A stretch of DNA of 64,000 bases from a virus (taxonomy: Duplodnaviria > Caudoviricetes): the IMG/VR virus record IMGVR_UViG_3300036985_003045; one strand, written 5' to 3'. Shown piece after piece: positions 55,852 through 64,000 of the stretch (position 1 is the stretch's first letter; the number at the start of each line of letters is the position of its first letter). A program made the translations under genes and the position numbers. The notes beneath the pieces were generated by a model that saw only the letters and a program-made list of their open reading frames with translations, was not told where the DNA came from and did not search any database.

Positions 55852-56276
55852 GAATTCTAATATTATTTTTATTATCAAGTAATGTATTAGCAGAACAAAC
55901 TTTTTCATTTAAATCACCTGCATTTAGTGGTATAGGATATTCTTCACATGTTCAAACAATAGAGAATACTGAAACTACTAGAAAACAAGCATTAGAGGCA
56001 CAGAAATTACAAGATGCCAAGGATGCTGCAGCATTAGTTAAGAACACGAATCTTTCGAAATTTCTGAATAACTTTGAGAGTCGTGTTTATGCACAACTGT
56101 CAACTCAATTGATTAATAACTTATTTGGTGAAAATCCAAAGAATAGTGGAACAGTTCAGATTGAAGGTAATACTATAACATATACCAAGACAACTGACCA
56201 AATATCAATGACTATTACTGGTGCAGATGGTAATGTAACACAAGTAATAATACCGGTCGGTAGTTTTACATTCTAA
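55848..56276 (+). CDS. csgF: curli assembly protein CsgF-like
   Basis: Signal peptide, F.FKSPAFSG, F..N.ESR..AQLS.QL, G...I.G.TI.Y. Confidence 0.8.
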   Translation: MRILILFLLSSNVLAEQTFSFKSPAFSGIGYSSHVQTIENTETTRKQALEAQKLQDAKDAAALVKNTNLSKFLNNFESRVYAQLSTQLINNLFGENPKNSGTVQIEGNTITYTKTTDQISMTITGADGNVTQVIIPVGSFTF

Positions 56277-57064
56277 TGCGTATTATATTATTGTGCATAT
56301 TATTAACTGGATGTTCTGGTGGTATATTAACTCCGTTTAATGTATTCACTAATGAACCTGAAGTATTGGCATTTAAGGAAAAAAGAGAAATAATCTTACC
56401 TCCTCCTAAAGACGGTAAGGTAGTTGTTGCTGTATATTCATTTTTGGATAAGACTGGTCAACGAAAAGATTCTGCTACTATAGCAAAATTATCATCCGCT
56501 GTAACACAAGGTGGTGAATCTATATTATTAAAATCATTGGAAGATGCTGGGGAAGGTAATTGGTTTAGAGTTGTAGAACGAGTAGGGCTAGATAATTTAT
56601 TAAAAGAAAGACAATTGATTAGGTCTGCTCGTGATGAAGCACAAGATGATAAACAAATAGGTTCGATTCTTTATGCTGGTATGATAATTGAAGGATCAAT
56701 AGTATCATATGATACTAATATTAGAACTGGTGGTATTGGTCTTCGTTATATGGGAATTGGACCAGATACACAATATCAGGAAGATATGGTAACTGTTTCA
56801 TTAAGGGCAATTAGTACACAAACTGGTGAAGTATTACTCACTATTAATGTACAAAAGACGATCTTAAGTTATACGGTTGGTGTTGCTGTATTTAAGTTTT
56901 TTGATATGGGAACACAATCATTTGAAAATGAAGTTGGTGCTACTAAAACTGAGGCAGGAATATATGCATTGAAAGCAGCATTAGATTTAGCAGTAGAAGA
57001 ATTAATTATTAAAGGTGAAAGAAAAAGATTATGGAAATTTTCATCCACTTTTAGGAATAATTAA
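56276..57064 (+). CDS. csgG: curli secretion channel CsgG-like lipoprotein
   Basis: Lipobox LTGC, VAVYSF.DKTGQRK, AVTQGG, WFRVVER.GLDNLLKERQLIR. Confidence 0.93.
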   Translation: MRIILLCILLTGCSGGILTPFNVFTNEPEVLAFKEKREIILPPPKDGKVVVAVYSFLDKTGQRKDSATIAKLSSAVTQGGESILLKSLEDAGEGNWFRVVERVGLDNLLKERQLIRSARDEAQDDKQIGSILYAGMIIEGSIVSYDTNIRTGGIGLRYMGIGPDTQYQEDMVTVSLRAISTQTGEVLLTINVQKTILSYTVGVAVFKFFDMGTQSFENEVGATKTEAGIYALKAALDLAVEELIIKGERKRLWKFSSTFRNN

Positions 57065-57775
57065 ATGAACATCATAAGAAATATATTATTGTTTGTTATG
57101 CTTACAATAATAAACCAATCATCAATTGGAGACAGTGGCGGTAATTCTGTTTATATTGATCAAACTAATGCTGATAATTCTACTGTAAATATTACACAAA
57201 CAGGAGCAAATAATACTGTAGGTGACCCAGATTCTATTGGTTCACCGTCTTTTCAAATAGAAGGCAACTCTATGTTGTTTGATATTATACAAGATGGTAT
57301 GAATAATGCTATAACAGGTAATCTAATTGGCGGCGGAGCAACTGCTGATATTACTCAAACTGGTAATAGCAACTCTACCGATTTAAATATGGGTAATATG
57401 GGTACTGGTTCAGGTACTTTAAGTTTGAACTTCACTGGTAGTAATAACACATCAGTATTGAATATTGGTGTATTACATGATTCTGGAAACTATTCATATC
57501 TTTCAAACATTACAGGTAGTAATAACACTTTAACGAGCACTATTAATAGTAAATATACTGAGAATAATTTTATTGTAACGGGGTCAGGTAATGCAATCAC
57601 AACTACTCAAACTGGGGCTAATGGTACTAATCTTATTGCTGGTAATAATATCGCCATATCCAATATTGGAAGCAATAATACCATAGGGATTAGTCAAGAT
57701 GGAACAACAAATCCAAATTCGGCCATTGTCAATCTTACTGGTTCTGATGCTACTGTTAATATCACGCAACATTAA
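57065..57775 (+). CDS. curlin-repeat protein (CsgA/CsgB-like)
   Basis: Signal peptide; repeated I.Q.G..N units rich in N/G/S/T. Confidence 0.7.
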   Translation: MNIIRNILLFVMLTIINQSSIGDSGGNSVYIDQTNADNSTVNITQTGANNTVGDPDSIGSPSFQIEGNSMLFDIIQDGMNNAITGNLIGGGATADITQTGNSNSTDLNMGNMGTGSGTLSLNFTGSNNTSVLNIGVLHDSGNYSYLSNITGSNNTLTSTINSKYTENNFIVTGSGNAITTTQTGANGTNLIAGNNIAISNIGSNNTIGISQDGTTNPNSAIVNLTGSDATVNITQH

Positions 57776-58757
57776 TGCTGGTATTGGTACAGTAATAAAT
57801 CATAAAGGCAATGCTTCTATTACACGTGATAAGACAGTAATAGAATCAAAGAAAGATGTTAGTATAGAATCATTAGATATAGTTGAAACAGGTAAAGGTG
57901 AAGTAGGTATATCTTTTGATGATGATACACAAGTAAAAGTAACAGATAATAGTAAGTTGGTGATAGATGATTTCGTCTATGATCCTAATAACAAGTCTGT
58001 CGGTAAGTTGGCATTGAAATGTGCTATTGGTACTGTACGATACGCCTCTGGTAATATTGCACATGCTAATAATAAGAATGTGGCTATTAATACACCTACA
58101 GCAACTATAGCGGTTCGAGGTACAGCATTCACTATGACAGTTGATGAAATTGGTCAGTCAATGGTTATATTGTTACCTAACTTAGATGGTTCAGTAGGTG
58201 AAATTGAAGTTAGAACCGCGGTAGGTTCTGTTGTATTGAATCAAGCTTTTCAAGCAACAGTAACTACTTCAAATGAAATTAAACCTATGAAGCCGGTGGT
58301 GTTATTAATAAATGAATCTGCTATCACTAATTTTATGATAGTTGCTCCACCGAAGGAAATAGCTCAAAAAATGATTGAGGATAATAAATCTGGTTCATCA
58401 CTAGATTTTAATGGATTAGATAAAGATGCTTTATCTGTAAGAGTATTCATTGATCCATATGCAAAGTTTAATGAATTAAATGTTGATGCTTTATTAATAG
58501 AATATTTGGCAAATGGATTAGAAGATGCTTTTGCGGTAGGTACATTTGCTCCTGGATATAATTCACAGAATCAAGTTTACATATTTGATAAACAGACTAA
58601 TTGGATGATACAAAGATCAGTGAAACAGAGTGCTACATTATTAATCAACAAAGACCGAGGTTACAATATAACACTTGTACAGGATGGAACAACAGTAAAA
58701 TTGCAAAGTGCAGATACAACCACTAATAAAATTTTTATTAAACAAGGAGCAAATTAA
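57699..58757 (+). CDS. FecR-domain protein (start may be 57747)
   Basis: D.V.T..G...I.F.DDT...V..NS.L.ID, TPTATIAVRGT.F. Confidence 0.85.
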   Translation: MEQQIQIRPLSILLVLMLLLISRNINAGIGTVINHKGNASITRDKTVIESKKDVSIESLDIVETGKGEVGISFDDDTQVKVTDNSKLVIDDFVYDPNNKSVGKLALKCAIGTVRYASGNIAHANNKNVAINTPTATIAVRGTAFTMTVDEIGQSMVILLPNLDGSVGEIEVRTAVGSVVLNQAFQATVTTSNEIKPMKPVVLLINESAITNFMIVAPPKEIAQKMIEDNKSGSSLDFNGLDKDALSVRVFIDPYAKFNELNVDALLIEYLANGLEDAFAVGTFAPGYNSQNQVYIFDKQTNWMIQRSVKQSATLLINKDRGYNITLVQDGTTVKLQSADTTTNKIFIKQGAN

Positions 58758-58758
58758 T

Positions 58759-59115
58759 ATGGCAGATATAGTAGTGAGAAAACCTAGAAAACCAGTAATT
58801 AAAAAGGAAATTGAACCAATGATTGATTTAGCAAAAGAACCTACGGCAGTCACACCTGTAGCAAAAGAAGATTTTATGACTTCTAAATGGCGACCAATGA
58901 TGGCTATTAGTTATATGGCAATTTGTCTATTTGACTTTATGGTCGGTCCAATTCTATATAATGTACTTCAATATATGAATCCTGGACAACATTTAGAAAT
59001 GTGGCAAGCAGTTACTTTACAGGGCGGCGGATTATATCATCTATCCATGGGTGCTATTATCGGTATTACTGCTTTTGGTAGAACTAAAGAAAAAATGGCT
59101 GAAGTTAAAGAATAA
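58759..59115 (+). CDS. holin-like membrane protein (3TM/GTA holin-like)
   Basis: KWRP.M...Y...C.FDF, GA..G..A.GR..EK; AGGAG RBS. Confidence 0.65.
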   Translation: MADIVVRKPRKPVIKKEIEPMIDLAKEPTAVTPVAKEDFMTSKWRPMMAISYMAICLFDFMVGPILYNVLQYMNPGQHLEMWQAVTLQGGGLYHLSMGAIIGITAFGRTKEKMAEVKE

Positions 59116-59130
59116 TGTATTAAATATGAT

Positions 59131-59167
59131 ACATAGTGTACATAATAAGTCTTTATGTACACTATGT
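59131..59167. terminator. perfect 15-bp inverted repeat between convergent operons
   Basis: ACATAGTGTACATAA / TTATGTACACTATGT, 7-nt loop. Confidence 0.7.
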
Positions 59168-59223
59168 GATACATTTACCTATTCAAAATATAACAAGTAA
59201 CTTCAAATCCTAATCTGATATCT

Positions 59224-59370
59224 TTATAAGTCGGGGTTTTCCACTTCATCTTCTTTTCCTAATTTATACATAAAGTCTAAGAATTCTTCAAATGTTAGAC
59301 CTCCTGGCATTGTATAGAATGTACATTCTATAGATTCTTTCATTCTTTCTAAATCGAACTGAGCTTCCAT
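59224..59370 (-). CDS. hypothetical protein (48 aa, not in track)
   Basis: MEAQFDLERMKE...; TAATG coupling. Confidence 0.55.
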   Translation of the reverse strand: MEAQFDLERMKESIECTFYTMPGGLTFEEFLDFMYKLGKEDEVENPDL

Positions 59371-59555
59371 TATTCTCTTAATTTAGTCCAAGGTTTATCG
59401 TTACCTGCCCAATCTTGTACCTCGCTACTCCATCCCATCAACTTGTTATAAGTTGGATATAACCAACCCCAATCAAGATAAGACATTGGATAACTAACCC
59501 AATCTCCAAGTAGAAATAATATCTCACTTACAATTCTTCCAAATACTTTTTTCAT
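59370..59555 (-). CDS. hypothetical protein
   Basis: ORF track; AGGA RBS. Confidence 0.6.
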   Translation of the reverse strand: MKKVFGRIVSEILFLLGDWVSYPMSYLDWGWLYPTYNKLMGWSSEVQDWAGNDKPWTKLRE

Positions 59556-59561
59556 AATATC

Positions 59562-61610
59562 CTACTTGCTTGTTGCGACAAATGTACCTTTCCAGTTCTT
59601 AGGGAAAGATGGATCACTCATATATCCATGAATTCTTTTACGCATCATATCATAATAGTAATCTAATTCACCATTGAATGAACCTTTCAAATCCATACAA
59701 TGTGTAATGGCGTATGCCCATTCTTGTTTGCAATAATGTTTGAACATTTTCTTATGAATCGTTCTAGCGTTTGCAAATTCTAATCTATTATATCTGTCTG
59801 GTTGTAATACTGTATAGATATCCAATCCAATTGTCTTACCTTTTACTGCAATGTTGTCTAACTTAATAACGAAATAATCATCTTTAACAAGTTTAGCAGT
59901 TTCTGGTCCAATGATTAATAATACACCATAAGACTTAGTTTGTCCTTCTAATCTAGCAGCAGTAGATACTGAGTCGCCTAATACATCATATCCAAATCTA
60001 GATTTAGAACCAATGTTACCTATAAGAGTTTGACCAGTATTAACACCAGCACCCATACCAATAATTGGTTTACCTTGTGCTACTAGAGTTTCATTGAATC
60101 CATCAACAGAAGCAATCATTTCTAAGGCTGTTTTAACAGCATTCTTTGCATGATTGATATCATCTAAAGGTGCACCGTGAACGTGAAGACTAGCATCTCC
60201 AATAAACTTGATAAGACAACCATCATTCTTTAATACTGGTTCTGATATAGCAGTCATATAATCATTCATAATAGAAGTTAATCCTTCTACATCATCACCA
60301 TAAGATTCACCTAGAGTGGTAAAACCTCTGAGGTCGGTCATAACAATAGATAATTCTTTACGTTCACCACCAAGTTTAATCAGTTCTGGATTCTTTTGTA
60401 ATCTTTCAACCATTACTGGAGAAACATAAGAACCAAATTGTTTTTTAATTTGGAGTTTCTGACCTAATTCAGTTAAGAATTTGACCGTATAAGTGTGACC
60501 ATAAACTGCGACAATTGCGAATACAGGTACTGTAATATCGAAAAGATAATATAGGTTGGTATATAGATAATTAGAAATAGGATAAAGAGAGATAATGATG
60601 CTACAAAATATAAGAATTCCATATTTCCACCGTGCTATTAAAATTGATATGATACTTAATACCAATACAGTAAGTAACTCTGCACCAGTGCTCCAATCGG
60701 GTCTTGATATATTTATACCTTTAGTAAGTGTGTCTAAAATTGCTGCTTGAACATGATGTGGAAAGACTGATCCAGCAGAAGTTGCAACGGGGTTATTGAG
60801 CCCTCTTCCAGTGAGTCCAACAATGACGATTGCTCCACTAAAGGACTCTGGGAGTTTGCTTGATGAATATTCACTAATGGTATTTGGTTTAATCCAAATG
60901 CGACCGAGGGAGTCTGTATTGATTCTTCCGAACTTTGGTATTCTGACTGCTTCGATTGATCCATTGTTGACTTTGACTTGAAATGATGGATCTCCTGATG
61001 CCACACGCAAGGTTTCGAGACTGATACTCGGATACAATAATCCTTTGGAACTGACCACCATTGGGATTCGTCTGGTAACGCCATCAATTTCTGGGAGTGT
61101 ATTAACAACCCCAATACCATTAGCATTATCATTGAAGACTTGTATATTCGGAAGTATGTTTCCATATTTAACTCCTACATCACCAGTACCAATAACAGAA
61201 ACTCCTGGTCTAAATGGTTTATAAGTTTCAGTAAAAGGTTCATTAGTACCAGTTTGAGGTAATACAACTGGGTATTCCTGAAGAACTTGTGTTAAGGCAT
61301 CATCTTGCCTAAATCTATCTGCCTCAGGCATAAACAGATTAAAAACAACAAGACCTGCGCCTCGAATATACAACTCCTTAATAAGATTAGCATATTCGTT
61401 TCGAGGGAATGGGAATTGACCTTTTTCTTTAAGGGATGCGTCATCTATATTTACTATTTTTATATCTGATTGTTGAATATCTTGTGTAAGTAAAGTATCA
61501 AAATACCTCAACCTTACTGATTCTACAAAAGATGGGTCAACTACTCTTAACCCTATAATTAAACCTAATGTTACTAACGATAACCATGGAGACAAGAGTA
61601 GTTTTTTCAT
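59562..61610 (-). CDS. CHASE2-domain class III adenylate cyclase
   Basis: N-terminal TM, IVNIDD.SL...GQFPFPR, DGV.RR.P, three TMs, TDLRGFT, KFIGDA, YDVLGD, AARLE. Confidence 0.92.
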   Translation of the reverse strand: MKKLLLSPWLSLVTLGLIIGLRVVDPSFVESVRLRYFDTLLTQDIQQSDIKIVNIDDASLKEKGQFPFPRNEYANLIKELYIRGAGLVVFNLFMPEADRFRQDDALTQVLQEYPVVLPQTGTNEPFTETYKPFRPGVSVIGTGDVGVKYGNILPNIQVFNDNANGIGVVNTLPEIDGVTRRIPMVVSSKGLLYPSISLETLRVASGDPSFQVKVNNGSIEAVRIPKFGRINTDSLGRIWIKPNTISEYSSSKLPESFSGAIVIVGLTGRGLNNPVATSAGSVFPHHVQAAILDTLTKGINISRPDWSTGAELLTVLVLSIISILIARWKYGILIFCSIIISLYPISNYLYTNLYYLFDITVPVFAIVAVYGHTYTVKFLTELGQKLQIKKQFGSYVSPVMVERLQKNPELIKLGGERKELSIVMTDLRGFTTLGESYGDDVEGLTSIMNDYMTAISEPVLKNDGCLIKFIGDASLHVHGAPLDDINHAKNAVKTALEMIASVDGFNETLVAQGKPIIGMGAGVNTGQTLIGNIGSKSRFGYDVLGDSVSTAARLEGQTKSYGVLLIIGPETAKLVKDDYFVIKLDNIAVKGKTIGLDIYTVLQPDRYNRLEFANARTIHKKMFKHYCKQEWAYAITHCMDLKGSFNGELDYYYDMMRKRIHGYMSDPSFPKNWKGTFVATSK

Positions 61611-61611
61611 A

Positions 61612-61953
61612 TTATTGGTGTACTGGTATTGAAATGATTGGGTCATCCCTCATTATTGCTTCAAGAACAACAATATCTTTTTTTAATACTTTCAAAGTTG
61701 CAGCAAGTTGTTGTTTGTATATTGGTTTTTTACATTTCTGTATAAAATTACACGGCATTGGAGCAAACCCATCAATAATTATTTTAGAATTTAATAATGA
61801 TGTTTCTACTATATGTTTATTAAATATTTTAACTTCATCTATAAGATCAATATCACATTCAGGACATATTGCAGTAGGGTTTACTTGTATATCTCCAGCA
61901 GCAAACATAGGTATTGAAAATAATAGTATAGATAATAAGAGTACTTTTTTCAT
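61612..61953 (-). CDS. secreted hypothetical protein
   Basis: Signal-peptide-like N-terminus; four Cys. Confidence 0.55.
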   Translation of the reverse strand: MKKVLLLSILLFSIPMFAAGDIQVNPTAICPECDIDLIDEVKIFNKHIVETSLLNSKIIIDGFAPMPCNFIQKCKKPIYKQQLAATLKVLKKDIVVLEAIMRDDPIISIPVHQ

Positions 61954-62222
61954 CAGATCGCTTTAGCTGCTGTAGCAGCAATAGTAATTGCGGTATCAAT
62001 AATAAACTTCAATTGAGCTTTAGCATTCAAATCAGAAGCATCCATTGTAATAGACTTTTCTAATTGTAAATCAGATAACAGTTCTTGGTACTCAGAATCA
62101 GATATGCTCTTTTCTTCATACATCTTTGTTAATTCAAGTAGCATTGAAGCAATAGTTTCCAGTTCTTCATTTTCTTTAGCATCATAACCATTTAACTGGT
62201 TTAAAACTTCATTTATTTTCAT
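61953..62222 (-). CDS. hypothetical protein
   Basis: ORF track; coupled to neighbours. Confidence 0.65.
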   Translation of the reverse strand: MKINEVLNQLNGYDAKENEELETIASMLLELTKMYEEKSISDSEYQELLSDLQLEKSITMDASDLNAKAQLKFIIDTAITIAATAAKAI

Positions 62223-62620
62223 CGTGGCTTAGTTCCTAATACAGTTTGAATAGTTTTAGCAGATCGTTCAATAATGCTCATTTTAGTAGTACAATATGTA
62301 ACGGATGGTTCAGCAGTTTTATATCTATCTGACAATCCTTGAACTTCAAGTAAAAGACTCTTAGACATATTAGTAGCTTCTTCATTATGAGGAATACTCG
62401 AAGTATAATTCTTGAACTCAGTTGCAACACTTAAGATACTACTAACATTACGTCTAGTTAATGCTACATCAGGACAATCTGTTTTAGATATTTCTGCCTT
62501 TGATCTAACTTTTGTTGCTAGTTGATATTCATTAGCATCAAACCCTGCCATATTATAAGCATCGAGCATTGCACAACCAGATAAGGTTGTAAACATTAAA
62601 ACCAATATTAATCTTTTCAT
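62219..62620 (-). CDS. lipoprotein
   Basis: Lipobox LSGC; Cys pair. Confidence 0.75.
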   Translation of the reverse strand: MKRLILVLMFTTLSGCAMLDAYNMAGFDANEYQLATKVRSKAEISKTDCPDVALTRRNVSSILSVATEFKNYTSSIPHNEEATNMSKSLLLEVQGLSDRYKTAEPSVTYCTTKMSIIERSAKTIQTVLGTKPR

Positions 62621-63375
62621 TTATTCCAATCTTCGTAATTTGCGACAATAGTTTCCAAAGGTTTTAAATCTTTAGGAATTTTAGGTGAAAAATCAATACC
62701 AGTTTTAGCCTCTATGTCCTTAACTGATACTACATATTTTGCAATTTGCTTTGGATCTAATTTTTCATTTGGATACCAAAAAGCAATCATACGTTTATTT
62801 TCTGGTTGAATAACAATCTTATAAACATGAGTAGGAATACCTACCTTATTACCCATTGTTTTATAACCTTTATCAAAGTGAGTACCTGTTATTGCATACA
62901 CATCTGATTTGGTTGCCCAAGCTCGGACACGTTCTTCTGTTGACTTCCAAATACCTCGATTATTTCCTGGTGCTTGAGGCATCATATTAGATAAGAAAAA
63001 AGATTCAGACATTAACTTAGAGTCAGATACAAAATCTGCTGCCGGAGCCATATGTCCTCTATCCAAACCGGAACCTGTATAATCTTTTAAAGTTACTCTA
63101 TACTGAGCGGGAACTTCTGTATCTTCTCGAAAATCATCTTTTCTAGAAGCAGATTTAACTGCAATTTCATCTTTAGTAATATGTTCAACTACAAAATAAG
63201 CTACTTTAGTCTTATAATCATAATTTATAGCATAATCAGATTTACATATGTATTGATTATTGCCTTCTTTAGTTATTTGAGGAGCACCCCAAATAGCTAC
63301 TTTAGGACATTTATCATCAATACCATTGGCAAATACATTACTAGATAACAATAGCAATAATAAAAATTTATTCAT
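62617..63375 (-). CDS. secreted DNA/RNA non-specific endonuclease (NucA-like)
   Basis: Signal peptide; DRGHMAP, NMMPQ, N..IW...E. Confidence 0.92.
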   Translation of the reverse strand: MNKFLLLLLLSSNVFANGIDDKCPKVAIWGAPQITKEGNNQYICKSDYAINYDYKTKVAYFVVEHITKDEIAVKSASRKDDFREDTEVPAQYRVTLKDYTGSGLDRGHMAPAADFVSDSKLMSESFFLSNMMPQAPGNNRGIWKSTEERVRAWATKSDVYAITGTHFDKGYKTMGNKVGIPTHVYKIVIQPENKRMIAFWYPNEKLDPKQIAKYVVSVKDIEAKTGIDFSPKIPKDLKPLETIVANYEDWNK

Positions 63376-63383
63376 ATTATATC

Positions 63384-64000
63384 CTAAAACAAATCAGAGA
63401 AGAAGTTACCAATTGAATCTAACCAATCATCATCTTTCTCTACTGCTTCGGCATCAGGTATAGCAACTTCAACTAATACAATAGGAGCAATGATTGCAGC
63501 AGCCACGGCAGGTGCTACAGCAACAACTGGAACTGGTTTAGAAAATACATCTTCATCAATAGCACTTAATGCGATATCATAATGATGTTGTCTATCTTTC
63601 AAACCAATAGTACCACCATTAATTCTTTTAGTTAATGTAGTAAACTCACTAGAATCACAATATTGATTTAGTTTATTAGTTTGCCAGAAGAATGCACCTG
63701 AACAAATAGCACCCTCTAATGTTTCACAATATGCAACTGTTTCATCTAATGTTTTACCGATAGACTTTGCAAACTTTGAATAGTTATCTTTACCAGTTAA
63801 TTGAATACATCCTCGACCTCGGAATTTGAATCCTTCACCAGATGCTTCTGAACCATTACCCATTCTATCTGCATAAACCTTATTAGCAATCTTTTCTGGA
63901 TTACGATTATAAGGAGCAGCCATTGCAACAGAGATAAATCTTTTAGGCCAAACTTTACAAAGACCATCAGCAGAATAATTCAAGTTTTCTTTCAATGCAG
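63384..64000 (-). CDS. GH19 endolysin (chitinase-like), 5' end outside window
   Basis: ENLNYS, IAN.VYA.RMGN, FRGRG.IQLTGK.NY, INGG..GL.DR; frame open to window edge. Confidence 0.9.
   Translation of the reverse strand, partial: ALKENLNYSADGLCKVWPKRFISVAMAAPYNRNPEKIANKVYADRMGNGSEASGEGFKFRGRGCIQLTGKDNYSKFAKSIGKTLDETVAYCETLEGAICSGAFFWQTNKLNQYCDSSEFTTLTKRINGGTIGLKDRQHHYDIALSAIDEDVFSKPVPVVAVAPAVAAAIIAPIVLVEVAIPDAEAVEKDDDWLDSIGNFFSDLF

Noticed and set aside
55297-61165. Alternative-frame or antisense ORFs 55297..55566, 57584..57772, 60734..61165
   Set aside because: Fully nested in or opposite to recognisable genes (curli operon, cyclase)
1-64000. Stop-codon reassignment
   Set aside because: Core genes are intact in the standard code, TAA/TAG/TGA all end genes, and no suppressor tRNA is present
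1-64000. Prophage or bacterial chromosome origin for ino1, dps, csg and the cyclase
   Set aside because: These genes are coupled to phage genes and sit behind phage promoters; no integrase or host housekeeping genes

Overview
This is a 64 kb segment of an AT-rich, T4-like lytic myophage genome. Spanins, lipoproteins and CsgG point to a diderm host. Almost all genes are on the - strand; the exception is one + strand late operon (54.9-59.1 kb). Layout: (1) 1-13 kb: small early ORFs behind a repeated GTTTAC-17-TATAAT promoter cassette, plus a glycosyltransferase, GroES and six tRNAs. (2) 13-22 kb: RNase H, DsbA, GIY-YIG nuclease, NrdA/NrdB, ThyX and an isolated gp61 zinc-binding domain. (3) 22-36.8 kb: spanins split by a homing-endonuclease-like gene, and late/head-associated genes (Dps, three nucleotidyltransferases), many starting with a T4 internal-protein-like MK(S/T)(F/Y)xEFxxE leader. 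(4) 36.8-42.4 kb: a translationally coupled DNA-modification-like cluster (DUF1599-like protein, gp42-like dCMP hydroxymethylase, dCMP deaminase, myo-inositol-phosphate synthase, HAD phosphatase, aGPT-Pplase-like transferase, SGNH-like protein). The last two end in the same LxxFF motif as the DNA polymerase. (5) 42.9-52.3 kb: AEP primase, MazG-like pyrophosphatase, gp41, UvsX, 2OG-Fe(II) oxygenase, gp43, exonuclease and ligase. (6) 54.9-64 kb: a late curli-like operon (CsgF, CsgG, curlin, FecR, holin) converging on a CHASE2 adenylate cyclase, a secreted nuclease and a GH19 endolysin. The leading hypothesis is a clamp-tethered, inositol-based hypermodification of cytosine. All family calls come from motif recognition only; no database searches were run.
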